A model generated the notes under the pieces. The model saw nothing but the letters and a program-made list of their open reading frames with translations. It did not search any database and was not told where the DNA came from. Made by a program: the position numbers and the translations under genes. Positions 39,928-50,373 of a stretch of DNA of 64,000 nt are shown here, one piece after another. The stretch lies in the NCBI GenBank assembly GCA_037127735.1, contig JBAXXU010000005.1, positions 3,700-67,699 of the forward strand, in the 5' to 3' direction. Numbering within the stretch: position 1 is the first letter of the stretch; each line of letters starts with the position of its first letter. This DNA is from Bacteroidota bacterium. GTDB lineage: Bacteria > Bacteroidota > Bacteroidia > Bacteroidales > VadinHA17.

Positions 39928-40758
39928 CTATTCTACAATTTTGGCTCTAACCGCACCAATGGCCTTGGTTATATCCATAATATTCTGATCACTAAGACTC
40001 GTGCCAAGTCCTTCATATACTTTTTTTACAGGATCCAGCTCTTTTACGAAATCACTTACACTGGCATCATTGGCATACGGTTTGGTAATTTCGAGGAAAA
40101 GCTCGAATGATTTTTTCTGCTCAAGAAGAACCTTTGATATACCTGCAACCTGGTAAGCTGCTTCCGAAACATTTGTTGTAAGATACATTCCTTCTACCCA
40201 TGCACCTCCAACAACAAGTAGCGCCAGAGGTTGCTGATCGTTTTCACTCAGATATGCATAAGTATCATTGAATGAACTCGTGAGTATTTTCACGAGTTCC
40301 TCCTTGTTATCTTTATTCCGAGTTATTTTCTCATATAAATCTTCATTGTATATTTTAGACATATTGAGTTCGTTAGCAAGTGATTGGATCGCGTTCAAAT
40401 ACATAATTACTTCCTGCTGTATATTATAGAGAGTTACATAACTCAGATCAGCTCCATAAACGCCAAGATTTATCGCGCGGGTTGTGCTGCTGAAATATTT
40501 TTTAGTATTCGCGACCGGGTTAGAAATACCAAAAATATACCCGACTTCAAGCTCGGTAAGCATTTTGATTACATTTGCCGAAGTAGGAAGAGGATAAACA
40601 TTTGTTTCAATCTGATTCTCAATAGTCTTTACCTGTTCCTGCTCAACCATTTTCTGTTGTTTCCCGGCTGTCCTATCCTTGCATGAAGTGCATGAATATA
40701 AAAAAGCCAAACTTAATATCAGTATTGGAAGTAAAACACCTGCAAAAATCTTTTTCAT
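39928..40758 (-). CDS. Uncharacterised alpha-helical lipoprotein upstream of the ABCG transporter
   Basis: Lipobox-like LYSC/CTSC; A.NLGVYGADLSY and GAWVEGMYL motifs. Confidence 0.7.
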   Translation of the reverse strand: MKKIFAGVLLPILILSLAFLYSCTSCKDRTAGKQQKMVEQEQVKTIENQIETNVYPLPTSANVIKMLTELEVGYIFGISNPVANTKKYFSSTTRAINLGVYGADLSYVTLYNIQQEVIMYLNAIQSLANELNMSKIYNEDLYEKITRNKDNKEELVKILTSSFNDTYAYLSENDQQPLALLVVGGAWVEGMYLTTNVSEAAYQVAGISKVLLEQKKSFELFLEITKPYANDASVSDFVKELDPVKKVYEGLGTSLSDQNIMDITKAIGAVRAKIVE

Positions 40759-40829
40759 TTTTAATCATTTTAAAATTTAAAATACGAGTCAAAATCTGCT
40801 ATAAAAGTAATAAATTATATTTAAATAAA

Positions 40830-40932
40830 ATGAGTATCTTGAATCATAAACAATCTTCATTTGATTTTCTTCGTTTACCACTTACCCTGAAGGAAGCGAA
40901 GAAAATCAGATAATCAATCTGGTATCGGCAAT
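40830..40932. repeat. Degenerate inverted copy of the 4719-4877 element
   Basis: atgagtatc..aatcat end; tgattttcttcg/cgaagaaaatca 12-bp IR (40862-40873 / 40897-40908); gtatcggcaat at 40922. Confidence 0.65.
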
Positions 40933-40976
40933 TTTTTTATATCTTTGAGCCCCTGAATTCAGATCATTTTTTGACA

Positions 40977-42149
40977 ATGTGGAATTTTGATGAACCTGTT
41001 AACAGAGAGGGAACAAACTGTATTAAGTATGATCGCAGGGAAGATACATTCGGAGTAAAAGATATTATTCCGATGTGGGTTGCTGATATGGATTTCAACA
41101 CCCCCGATTTTATAGTAAAGTCCCTTCAGAACCGGGTTAATCATGAAATTTATGGATATTCTTCACGTCCTCCGGAATATTTTCTGTCAATAATCGAATG
41201 GTTTAAAACAAGACATAATCTTCCGATTGAAAAAGAATGGATCTCCTTTAGTCCCGGTATTGTTCCGGCGCTCAATATATGCACCCTGGCTTTTACACAA
41301 CCGGGTGATAGTATTATTGTTCAGCCTCCGGTTTATTTTCCTTTCTTTTCAGCAGTAGAATCGCATGGCCGGAAACTCATTCATAACAGACTGACAGAGT
41401 CTGAAGGAAAATGGGTAATGGACTATGATTCCCTGATTGCATCTATTGATGAGAAAACAAAAATGATAATAATTTCCAATCCGCATAATCCTGTAGGAAG
41501 GGCATGGACACCGGAAGAACTGAACAAACTTGCAGACATCTGTTTGAAAAACAATATCCTGATCATCTCCGACGAAATACATTGTGACCTTGTTTTGCCC
41601 GGATTCAGACATATCCCTTTTGCATCACTTTCTGAAAAAATTGCCGAAAATACAATTACATGTATTGCTCCAAGTAAGACCTTCAACCTTGCAGGTCTTT
41701 CAACTTCCTCTGTGATCATCTCAAACCCCGTTTTAAGAAAGTCGTTTAGCAGGATAGTTGAAAACCTGCATATAGGAAGTGGAAACATCTTTGGAACAAT
41801 TGCTTCTGTTGCAGCATACTCACAGGGACATCAATGGCTCGATGCCTTACTTGACTATATTGACCATAATATTGATTTCGTTGAAGATTATTGCAGGAAG
41901 ATGATTCCTGAAATTATCCCGGTTCAGCCTGAAGCAACTTATATGATCTGGCTCGATTGCCGTAAATTCGGCATGACAGGAAAAGAGCTTCAGAATTTCT
42001 TTGTTAATAAGGCAGGAATAGGAATGAATGAGGGCTCAACTTTTGGCCCCGGAGGAGAAGGTTTCATGAGAATGAACCTGGCAACAACACATCAGACAGT
42101 AATAAAAGCTATGGAACAGATTGAAACAGCTGTTTCATCCAACAGATAA
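40977..42149 (+). CDS. PLP-dependent MalY/PatB family C-S lyase
   Basis: PMWVADMDF, NPHNPVGR, SDEIH, APSKTFNLAGL, EATY..WLD. Confidence 0.9.
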   Translation: MWNFDEPVNREGTNCIKYDRREDTFGVKDIIPMWVADMDFNTPDFIVKSLQNRVNHEIYGYSSRPPEYFLSIIEWFKTRHNLPIEKEWISFSPGIVPALNICTLAFTQPGDSIIVQPPVYFPFFSAVESHGRKLIHNRLTESEGKWVMDYDSLIASIDEKTKMIIISNPHNPVGRAWTPEELNKLADICLKNNILIISDEIHCDLVLPGFRHIPFASLSEKIAENTITCIAPSKTFNLAGLSTSSVIISNPVLRKSFSRIVENLHIGSGNIFGTIASVAAYSQGHQWLDALLDYIDHNIDFVEDYCRKMIPEIIPVQPEATYMIWLDCRKFGMTGKELQNFFVNKAGIGMNEGSTFGPGGEGFMRMNLATTHQTVIKAMEQIETAVSSNR

Positions 42150-42206
42150 TTTAATTGAACGAAGAACATTTGAACAAACGAATTAAGAATTGAGAACCAT
42201 TTTAAA

Positions 42207-43334
42207 ATGACAGGGATAATAAAGGTAAAACTGACACTTGAAGACGGAACGATATATCATGGCCGCTCCTTCGGATCGCCTGTCGCGGCTGCAGGAGAGG
42301 TGGTTTTTAATACAGCCATGACAGGATATCCCGAGAGTTTAACCGATCCATCCTATCGCGGACAAATCCTTTGTCTTACCTATCCTCTGGTTGGCAACTA
42401 TGGAGCACCCGCGAAAAGCGAAGAAAATGATCTCTATAGATTTTATGAGTCGTCCTCGATTCACATTTCCGGACTCATAGTATCCGATTATTCTTTTGAA
42501 TACAGCCACTGGAATGCGACAGAAAGCCTCGATGAGTGGCTTAAAAGAAATAATGTGCCGGGAATTTACGGGATTGATACCAGAGCTCTTACAAAAAGAA
42601 TCCGGGAGAATGGAGCCATGCTTGGAAAAGTTGAACCCGAAGGAACCGGGATTGGTTATTACGACCCTAACAAAGTGAATCTTGTTGCCGAAGTCAGCGT
42701 TCATGAAAAGAGAATTTACGGTTCAGGGAAATATAAAATATTACTTGTTGACTGCGGCGTTAAGTATAACATAATCAGGAACCTTCTGAAACGCGACACA
42801 ACAATTATCAGGGTTCCATGGGATTACGATTTTCACAATGAAGAATTTGACGGATTGTTTCTATCCAATGGTCCCGGTGATCCGAAAATGTGCAGCTCAA
42901 CTATTGAGAACATCAGAAAAGCATTTGAAGGTAAGAAACCCATTTTCGGAATTTGCCTTGGAAACCAGTTGATGGCGCTTGCTTCCGGAGCAGATACCTA
43001 TAAACTTAAATATGGCCACAGGAGCCACAATCAACCTGTTCTTCAGGTAGGTACCGATAAAGCATACATTACATCACAGAATCACGGGTTTGCCGTTGAT
43101 AATAAAACTTTAGGGAAAGACTGGGAACCACTTTTCATCAATATAAACGATCAGACAAATGAGGGGATGATGCATAAAACCATGCCGTTTTTCTCAACTC
43201 AGTTTCACCCTGAAGCATCAGGAGGACCAACAGATACCGGCTATCTGTTTGATGTATTTATCGAGAATATTGAGAAATCAAAGAACCCCCAAACCTCGTT
43301 TTTCTACCCCCCAACCCCCCAAATGGGGGGCTGA
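42207..43334 (+). CDS. carA: Carbamoyl-phosphate synthase small subunit
   Basis: GEVVFNT.MTGYPE.LTDPSY, SNGPGDP, GICLG, QFHPE. Confidence 0.97.
   Translation: MTGIIKVKLTLEDGTIYHGRSFGSPVAAAGEVVFNTAMTGYPESLTDPSYRGQILCLTYPLVGNYGAPAKSEENDLYRFYESSSIHISGLIVSDYSFEYSHWNATESLDEWLKRNNVPGIYGIDTRALTKRIRENGAMLGKVEPEGTGIGYYDPNKVNLVAEVSVHEKRIYGSGKYKILLVDCGVKYNIIRNLLKRDTTIIRVPWDYDFHNEEFDGLFLSNGPGDPKMCSSTIENIRKAFEGKKPIFGICLGNQLMALASGADTYKLKYGHRSHNQPVLQVGTDKAYITSQNHGFAVDNKTLGKDWEPLFININDQTNEGMMHKTMPFFSTQFHPEASGGPTDTGYLFDVFIENIEKSKNPQTSFFYPPTPQMGG
43305..43332 (+). repeat. REP-like palindrome identical to the 25192-25219 copy
   Basis: taccccccaaccccccaaatggggggct; lies within the carA 3' end. Confidence 0.75.
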
Positions 43335-43369
43335 AAGTCAGAAATGTAGTATTTATTTCCAGAAGAGCT

Positions 43370-44713
43370 TCAGTTTGTCACATGATGCATCATCTTATCT
43401 GCCAGTTCAGAAGCTGTTGTGTTCTTAAAACTCTTCATTCTCTTCTCGAAAATATCAGATATCTCTTTGTTGCACAGATTACCGATACTCCCTTCATGAA
43501 CATAATCAGCTAATGTTGTTCTTGAAAAAGAGGAATTTTTAACCATTTCAGATACTGCCTTATATGCGTCTCTGAAAGGGATACCCTGCTTCACCAGCCG
43601 GTTTACCTCCTCAGTACTGAATATTGTATTATATAAAGGATTCTCCGTGATATTCTTCCTTACCTTTATATTATTGAGCATCAGAATCATTATATCAATA
43701 CACTCCCTCATTTCTCCGAAAGCATCAAATACCAGCTGCTTAAGCAACTGTAGATCTCTATTATATCCTGACTGGAGATTGCTTGTCAGGATTGCAATCT
43801 GGTTTGGAAGGGTTTGAATCACATTCGCACGGGCCCTGATAAGTTCGAATACATCTGGATTCCTTTTCTGCGGCATGATACTTGAACCGGTAACATATTC
43901 ATCAGGAAAATCAATGAACCTGAATTCTGAACTCATATAGATACAAATATCCATAGAAAAACGCGAAAGGGTCTGAGCGACTGACGCCAGAGCTGAGGCA
44001 ATCGCCATCTCTATTTTACCCCTGCTCAGACTTGCATAGGCTGAGTTGTATAACAGATCATCAAATTCAAGAAGCTCTGACGTCAGCTTCCTGTTTATTG
44101 GCAGTGTGGTTCCATATCCTGCCGCGGTTCCCAATGGATTTTGATTATTGAGCGCCCTTGCCCCGGCAAGCATTACAACATCATCGGCAAGACATTCGGC
44201 ATAAGCTCCAAACCATAAGCCGAATGATGAAACCATAGCCGGTTGCATGTGTGTATATCCGGGTAATAAAACCTCTTTGTATTGCTCACTCAGCGACTGT
44301 AATTTTGCAAAAAGCCTGCGGATCAGAACAGAAAGTTTATCGATCTCCTCCCTGGTATAAAGTCGAATATCAACTAAAACCTGATCGTTTCTTGACCGTC
44401 CGGTATGAATCTTCTTGCCGGTTGTTCCAAGGATTGATGACATCTCTTTTTCAATCTGAGAATGGATGTCCTCAACGTCCTTTTCAATCACCAGGCTTCC
44501 TTCTTCATCCCAGACAAAAAGGGAATGAAGAGCTTTTAAAAGTCCATTTTTCTCATCTTCTGAAATCAATCCCACATCATCGAGCATTATCACATGAGCC
44601 ATTGAACCGATTATATCCCATTTTGTGAGAGCTAAATCAGTTTTTCTGTCTTTTCCTGCCGTGAATTCGATAATTGCAGGTTCGGGGTTTATCCCTTTTT
44701 CCCAGAGTTTCAT
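43370..44713 (-). CDS. argH: Argininosuccinate lyase
   Basis: EDIH, HTGRSRNDQ, PGYTHMQ, TGSSIMPQKRNPD. Confidence 0.95.
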   Translation of the reverse strand: MKLWEKGINPEPAIIEFTAGKDRKTDLALTKWDIIGSMAHVIMLDDVGLISEDEKNGLLKALHSLFVWDEEGSLVIEKDVEDIHSQIEKEMSSILGTTGKKIHTGRSRNDQVLVDIRLYTREEIDKLSVLIRRLFAKLQSLSEQYKEVLLPGYTHMQPAMVSSFGLWFGAYAECLADDVVMLAGARALNNQNPLGTAAGYGTTLPINRKLTSELLEFDDLLYNSAYASLSRGKIEMAIASALASVAQTLSRFSMDICIYMSSEFRFIDFPDEYVTGSSIMPQKRNPDVFELIRARANVIQTLPNQIAILTSNLQSGYNRDLQLLKQLVFDAFGEMRECIDIMILMLNNIKVRKNITENPLYNTIFSTEEVNRLVKQGIPFRDAYKAVSEMVKNSSFSRTTLADYVHEGSIGNLCNKEISDIFEKRMKSFKNTTASELADKMMHHVTN

Positions 44714-44715
44714 AT

Positions 44716-45951
44716 TTACTTTTTTATCTGATTTGCCTCAACAATAGCCCTGTGGGCCATAAGCCGTATAGCGTTAATCCGTATAAATCCTTTGCTGTCA
44801 GTCTGATCAAAACCACCTTCAATATCCATACTCGATAGTTTTTTGTTATATAATGAAGAAGGCGATTCGCGACCTTCAATAAGAACATTGCCCTTATAAA
44901 GGCAGAGATGAACGCTGCCATCAATAAGCTCCTGGCTCTTTTCAATAGCTGCCATAAGAAAATCCATTTCAGGGCTGAACCAGAAACCGTTATAAATGAT
45001 TTCTGCAAATTTCGGCGTAAGCATGTTTACAAGTCGCATTACCTCCCTGTCCATGGCTATGCCCTCAATATCTTTGTGAGCAATATGCAAAACTGTTGCT
45101 GCAGGAGTCTCATACACACCTCTCGATTTTATCCCTACGAACCTGTTCTCTACCATGTCGAGCAGACCTATCCCGTTTTTACCTGCTAACTCATTCAGAT
45201 ACACATACATATCATAAGAATCATCTTTTAAGGTACCATCATCTTTGTTGACCAGCTTTACCGGAATCCCGTTTTTGAAATGAATAACTATACGTGTCTC
45301 TTTGTCGGGAGCATCCTGTGGCATAACCATCTTCTCAAGCATGCTCTTATGAAGCGTGTACATAGGATCTTCCAGGATTCCTGCTTCATGACTGATATGC
45401 ATGAGGTTATCATCTTCACTGTAAGGCTTATCGATACTCGCTTTAACAGGAATTTTTTTCTCAGAAGCATACTTAAGAAGATCTGTTCTTCCTTTAAACT
45501 GAGCAAGGAACTCCTTGTCTTTCCAGGGTGATATAACTTTAACCCCGGGCATCAGGGCATAGTAACATAGCTCAAACCTTACCTGGTCGTTACCTTTTCC
45601 TGTCGCGCCATGCGCTACTGCATTAGCGCCTTCTGCCCTGGCAACTTCAATCTGTTTTTTTGCAATAAGAGGCCTGGCAAGCGCAGTACCAAGCAGGTAT
45701 CTGTCCTCATAAATAGCATTTGCCATGATAGCTTTAAGAACATATTCATCAATAAATTCCCTTTTAAGGTCAGCAATAATTACTTTGGATGCGCCAAGTA
45801 GCAATGCTTTTTCCCTACATGCTTCAAAATCATCGGCCTGCCCAACATCGGCCACAAAAGCAATAACCTCATAATTTTTTTCTATTAACCATTTAAGTAT
45901 CACCGAAGTATCCAAACCACCGCTATACGCGAGAACAACTTTTTCTTTCAT
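44716..45951 (-). CDS. argG: Argininosuccinate synthase
   Basis: [40 protein letters not shown]. Confidence 0.97.
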   Translation of the reverse strand: MKEKVVLAYSGGLDTSVILKWLIEKNYEVIAFVADVGQADDFEACREKALLLGASKVIIADLKREFIDEYVLKAIMANAIYEDRYLLGTALARPLIAKKQIEVARAEGANAVAHGATGKGNDQVRFELCYYALMPGVKVISPWKDKEFLAQFKGRTDLLKYASEKKIPVKASIDKPYSEDDNLMHISHEAGILEDPMYTLHKSMLEKMVMPQDAPDKETRIVIHFKNGIPVKLVNKDDGTLKDDSYDMYVYLNELAGKNGIGLLDMVENRFVGIKSRGVYETPAATVLHIAHKDIEGIAMDREVMRLVNMLTPKFAEIIYNGFWFSPEMDFLMAAIEKSQELIDGSVHLCLYKGNVLIEGRESPSSLYNKKLSSMDIEGGFDQTDSKGFIRINAIRLMAHRAIVEANQIKK

Positions 45952-46457
45952 TTTCTAATTATTTTATTTAGTATGTGATTTTTACTTTTTATTTGATCAT
46001 GCAACCCCGGAAGAACGATTTCGAGGCATGTATGAACCTGTTGAAGTGTTATTCCATCCCGTGGGATAATAAGTATTGTATCATCTCCTGCAATTGTACC
46101 TGCTATTTCATATCTGCCTGCACTATCAATAAAAAAAGCAGTATTACTTGCATTTCCCGGAATAGTCTTTATTACCATTAGTCCTTTTGCTTCAACAATA
46201 GCTTGTATTACCGGAACAATATTTAATTTCACTTCTGAAGCAGATACATTTCTTATGTTTTCTGACAAAATGTACTTGTATCCACCCTCACCATCGGGCA
46301 TTCTTCCAACTCCAAGTTGCCTTAAATTTCGGGACAGCGTAGCCTGTGTACAGCTTATCCCTTTCCCTTTCAGTTTCCTTAATAACTCATCCTGAGTTGA
46401 TATAGTCTCTTCTGCAATAATTTTCTCTATTGCAAGAAGTCTATTCGTTTTTTGCAT
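45948..46457 (-). CDS. argR: Arginine repressor
   Basis: [27 protein letters not shown]. Confidence 0.95.
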   Translation of the reverse strand: MQKTNRLLAIEKIIAEETISTQDELLRKLKGKGISCTQATLSRNLRQLGVGRMPDGEGGYKYILSENIRNVSASEVKLNIVPVIQAIVEAKGLMVIKTIPGNASNTAFFIDSAGRYEIAGTIAGDDTILIIPRDGITLQQVHTCLEIVLPGLHDQIKSKNHILNKIIRK

Positions 46458-46489
46458 ATTTATACATTTACTTTGCAAATATATTCATT
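46451..46489. promoter_or_regulatory. Tandem ARG boxes overlapping the argR -7 element and start codon
   Basis: TGCATATTTATACA (46453) and TGCAAATATATTCA (46474) are 21 bp apart (18+3 geometry); TATATTTG on - at 46483-46476. Confidence 0.75.
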
Positions 46490-46550
46490 ATTTCACAAAT
46501 TCCAATTCCAATTAATAAATTGTATTATTTTTGAACCTCAAATCGGGACG

Positions 46551-49500
46551 ATGAAAGATGTAGTAAAGAAGGTGATAATCCTGGGATCGGGAGCGCTAAA
46601 AATCGGTGAAGCCGGTGAGTTTGATTACTCAGGCTCCCAGGCTCTCAAAGCATTAAAAGAGGAAGATGTTGAAACAGTTTTGATAAATCCGAATATTGCA
46701 ACTGTTCAGACCTCCGAAGAGCTGGCTGACAAAATTTATTTTCTTCCGGTTACTCCATATTTTGTAGAAAAGGTTATTGCCAGGGAAAAGCCTGACGGAA
46801 TTCTGTTATCTTTTGGCGGGCAGACAGCGCTCAACTGCGGAACAGAACTTTACAAATCAGGAATATTTGAAAAATATAATGTAAGAGTTCTCGGCACCCC
46901 TGTTTCGGCAATAATAGATACCGAGGATCGTGAGCTTTTCGTAAAGAAACTCAATGAGATCGATGTTAAAACTCCAAGCAGCATTGCAGTCCGGGGAGTT
47001 GAACCGGCTATACAGGCAGCCGGTAAACTGGGATTCCCCATCATCATCAGGGCAGCATATACGCTTGGTGGCCAGGGAAGCGGTTTTGCTTCGAACATTG
47101 AAGAACTGGGAATACTTGCATCAAAAGCCTTTTCATATACAGATCAGATACTCGTTGAAGAATCGCTTAAAGGTTGGAAAGAGGTTGAATATGAGGTTGT
47201 AAGGGATAAATACGACAACTGCATCACAGTATGTAACATGGAAAATTTTGATCCGCTTGGCATTCATACAGGGGAAAGCATAGTTGTTGCTCCATCGCAG
47301 ACTCTGACAAACAGCGAATATCATAAACTGAGAGAACTTTCCATAAGAATAATCAGGCATATCGGAATAGTAGGGGAATGTAATGTCCAATATGCTCTTG
47401 CCCCTGATTCCGAAGACTACCGGGTAATAGAAGTTAATGCCCGGTTATCGAGGTCAAGCGCACTTGCTTCAAAAGCCACCGGCTATCCGCTTGCATTTAT
47501 TGCCGCGAAACTTGGAATGGGATATGGACTTCATGAACTGAAAAACTCTGTAACAAAAAACACAACTGCCTGCTTTGAGCCTGCTCTTGATTATATAGTT
47601 TGCAAGATACCACGGTGGGACCTGAACAAATTCGAGGGAGTGTCGCACCTGATCGGCAGCAGCATGAAAAGTGTCGGCGAGGTAATGGCTATCGGGAGAA
47701 CATTTGAAGAGGTCATTCAGAAAGGATTAAGAATGATCGGACAGGGAATGCATGGCTTTACCGGTAACCGCAACATGGGCTTCGAAGATATTGAGAGAGA
47801 ACTTGCCGAACCAACTGACATGCGGATATTTTCAATTGCTGAAGCTCTCGAAATAGGGATGCCTGTTGAAAGAATATATGAATTGACAAAAATTGATAAA
47901 TGGTTCCTCTATAAACTGAAAAATATTATCAGCATAAAAGATGAACTCTGTAAATATCAAACACTGGAATCTGTTCCGGCAGACATGCTTTCCCACTCCA
48001 AAATAAACGGATTCAGCGATTTTCAGATTGCCCGCCATGTACTCAAATCAGATCCCTCCAACATTAACGATGATCTTATGAAAGTGAGAAGTTACCGCAA
48101 ATCGTTAGGCATAGTTCCGTATATCAAGCAAATTGATACTCTTGCTGCCGAATATCCGGCTATTACGAATTATCTATACCTGACTTACAGTGGTTCTGAA
48201 CACGATATAAAATGTGAAACCGACAAAAAATCGGTTATTGTTTTAGGATCAGGAGCTTACAGGATAGGCTCAAGTGTTGAATTCGACTGGTGTTCTGTCA
48301 ATGCAATTGATACTATAAAAAAAGAGGGATTCCGATCAATAATGATCAATTATAATCCGGAAACTGTAAGCACTGATTATGATATTTGCGACAGGCTTTA
48401 CTTCGATGAACTGACTTTTGAAAGAGTACTCGATATAATTGATCTGGAAAATCCCGGCGGAGTTATCGTGTCTGTTGGTGGTCAGATCCCCAACAACCTG
48501 GCAATGAGGCTTTTCAAAGAGAAAGTACCTGTGCTCGGCACCTCTCCTGTTTCAATCGACAGGGCAGAAAACAGACATAAATTTTCAGAAATGCTTGATA
48601 ACCTTTCTGTTGACCAGCCTCGTTGGAAAGAACTTTCATCAATTAATGATATTTTTGAATTTGTCGATCGCATAGGATTCCCTGTTCTCATAAGGCCGTC
48701 TTATGTTCTATCGGGCGCTGCAATGAATGTGGTCTCGAACAAAAATGAACTCACCCATTACCTTGAGCTGGCATCAAGTGTTTCAAAACAATATCCGGTC
48801 GTTGTCTCAGAATTTATTGAGAATGCCAAGGAGATCGAGATTGATGCAGTAGCCCGCGACGGGGATATGATAGCTTATGCCATAAGTGAGCATGTAGAGT
48901 TCGCAGGAGTTCACTCCGGGGACGCAACAATGGTCTTCCCGGCCCAGAAAATCTATTTTGAAACTTCAAGAAGAATTAAGCGTATTTCGCGCCATATAGC
49001 AAAAGAACTGAATATTTCAGGACCCTTTAATATTCAGTTCCTTGCAAAAGACAATGATATAAAGGTTATAGAATGTAACTTGCGGGCAAGCCGCAGCATG
49101 CCTTTTGTTTCTAAAGTTCTTAAAATTAATCTTATTGAACTTGCTACAAAAGTGATGCTTGGTGTTCAGGCTGAAATACCAAATAAAACTGTTTTCGAGT
49201 TGGATTATGTCGGTGTCAAAGCACCTCAGTTCAGCTTTTCGCGCCTTGCCAAGGCCGATCCCGTTCTTGGAGTTGACATGTCATCCACAGGCGAAGTCGG
49301 ATGCATTGGAGAAGGTTTTTATGAAGCAATCCTGAAAGCTATGTTTTCAGTCGGTTACAGGGTTCCTAAAAAGAGCATCCTTCTCTCAACCGGTCCGGCA
49401 CGATCAAAAGTTGAACTTCTAAACAGCGCCAGAGCATTGCGCGAAAAAGGACATAAGCTTTATGCAACAAGAGGCACACAGCAGTTTCTTGAGAATGCAG

Positions 49501-49772
49501 GAGTTGAGGCTCATGTGGCATACTGGCCGGATGAAAACAAATCTCCAAACACAATCGAGCTTATCAAATCGCGTGAGGTTGATCTTGTTGTAAACATCCC
49601 AAAGGACCTCAGTGATAAAGAACTTAATAACGACTATACAATAAGAAGAAGCGCTGTTGATTATAATGTCCCTCTTATTACAAATTCCCGTCTCGCGAGC
49701 GCCTTCATTCTGGCTTTCTGCAAGATGAGTATTGACGATCTGGAGATTAAGAGTTGGGATGAATATAAATAG
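46551..49772 (+). CDS. carB: Carbamoyl-phosphate synthase large subunit
   Basis: GSG.LKIGEAGEFDYSGSQA, NPNIATVQT, IGSSVEFDW, RPSYVLSG, C-terminal MGS domain. Start moved to ATG 46551, downstream of TATTTTTG (46526-46533). Confidence 0.97.
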   Translation: MKDVVKKVIILGSGALKIGEAGEFDYSGSQALKALKEEDVETVLINPNIATVQTSEELADKIYFLPVTPYFVEKVIAREKPDGILLSFGGQTALNCGTELYKSGIFEKYNVRVLGTPVSAIIDTEDRELFVKKLNEIDVKTPSSIAVRGVEPAIQAAGKLGFPIIIRAAYTLGGQGSGFASNIEELGILASKAFSYTDQILVEESLKGWKEVEYEVVRDKYDNCITVCNMENFDPLGIHTGESIVVAPSQTLTNSEYHKLRELSIRIIRHIGIVGECNVQYALAPDSEDYRVIEVNARLSRSSALASKATGYPLAFIAAKLGMGYGLHELKNSVTKNTTACFEPALDYIVCKIPRWDLNKFEGVSHLIGSSMKSVGEVMAIGRTFEEVIQKGLRMIGQGMHGFTGNRNMGFEDIERELAEPTDMRIFSIAEALEIGMPVERIYELTKIDKWFLYKLKNIISIKDELCKYQTLESVPADMLSHSKINGFSDFQIARHVLKSDPSNINDDLMKVRSYRKSLGIVPYIKQIDTLAAEYPAITNYLYLTYSGSEHDIKCETDKKSVIVLGSGAYRIGSSVEFDWCSVNAIDTIKKEGFRSIMINYNPETVSTDYDICDRLYFDELTFERVLDIIDLENPGGVIVSVGGQIPNNLAMRLFKEKVPVLGTSPVSIDRAENRHKFSEMLDNLSVDQPRWKELSSINDIFEFVDRIGFPVLIRPSYVLSGAAMNVVSNKNELTHYLELASSVSKQYPVVVSEFIENAKEIEIDAVARDGDMIAYAISEHVEFAGVHSGDATMVFPAQKIYFETSRRIKRISRHIAKELNISGPFNIQFLAKDNDIKVIECNLRASRSMPFVSKVLKINLIELATKVMLGVQAEIPNKTVFELDYVGVKAPQFSFSRLAKADPVLGVDMSSTGEVGCIGEGFYEAILKAMFSVGYRVPKKSILLSTGPARSKVELLNSARALREKGHKLYATRGTQQFLENAGVEAHVAYWPDENKSPNTIELIKSREVDLVVNIPKDLSDKELNNDYTIRRSAVDYNVPLITNSRLASAFILAFCKMSIDDLEIKSWDEYK

Positions 49773-49777
49773 AAAGG

Positions 49778-49873
49778 GAGAGGGGGAGACTGGGAGAGGG
49801 GGAGACGAAGAGACGAAGAGACGAAGAGACGAAGAGACGAAGAGACTGAGAGACAACAAGACAACCAGACAAT
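49778..49873. repeat. Period-8 tandem repeat (VNTR)
   Basis: GAGACGAA x5 perfect (49802-49841) inside 12 in-register degenerate units. Confidence 0.9.
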
Positions 49874-50323
49874 ATGATAACAATCCGAAAAGCAACAACA
49901 AAAGATGCCACTGCGATAATTGATTTCCAGCAGAAAATGGCATGGGAAACAGAGCAGATGACCCTTATTCCGGAGATAATAATTAAAGGGGTGAATGCAG
50001 TTTTCGAAAACTCAACCCATGGACAATACTGGGTAGCGGAGGAGAACGGAAATGTTGTTGCATCGCTACTTATTACATACGAATGGAGCGATTGGAGAAA
50101 TAGCAATGTCTGGTGGTTCCAGTCGGTTTATGTACTACCGGTTTACAGGAGAACAGGTATTTTCAGATTGATGTACTCGCACATAAAAAATGAAGCTGAG
50201 AAACAAGGTGTCGCGGGGCTTCGTCTTTATGTGGAAACAAATAATTCAAGAGCACAGAAAACCTATGAGGCTCTCGGGATGAAGAGCGAACATTACACAA
50301 TGTATGAATGGCTGAAAGAATAA
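49874..50323 (+). CDS. GNAT family N-acetyltransferase
   Basis: IRKAT..D, EWSDWR, QSVYV.P.YRR.GIF, LYVE..N..A...YE.LG. Confidence 0.9.
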   Translation: MITIRKATTKDATAIIDFQQKMAWETEQMTLIPEIIIKGVNAVFENSTHGQYWVAEENGNVVASLLITYEWSDWRNSNVWWFQSVYVLPVYRRTGIFRLMYSHIKNEAEKQGVAGLRLYVETNNSRAQKTYEALGMKSEHYTMYEWLKE

Positions 50324-50373
50324 AGGATGATCTGTCTTGCTGCTGTACTGATACTCCTGATTTTTTTCCGGTT

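Noticed and set aside
46452-46550. 33-aa N-terminal extension of CarB in the ORF track
   Set aside because: It overlaps argR and the promoter/ARG boxes; homology begins at ATG 46551.
49778-49873. Possible CRISPR array; also overlapping ORFs 49419-49943, 49661-49864, 49732-49923 and 49747-50106
   Set aside because: 8-nt tandem units with no unique spacers and no cas genes. The low-complexity ORFs (SSSLRLFV, DEETKRRR) are translations of the repeat.
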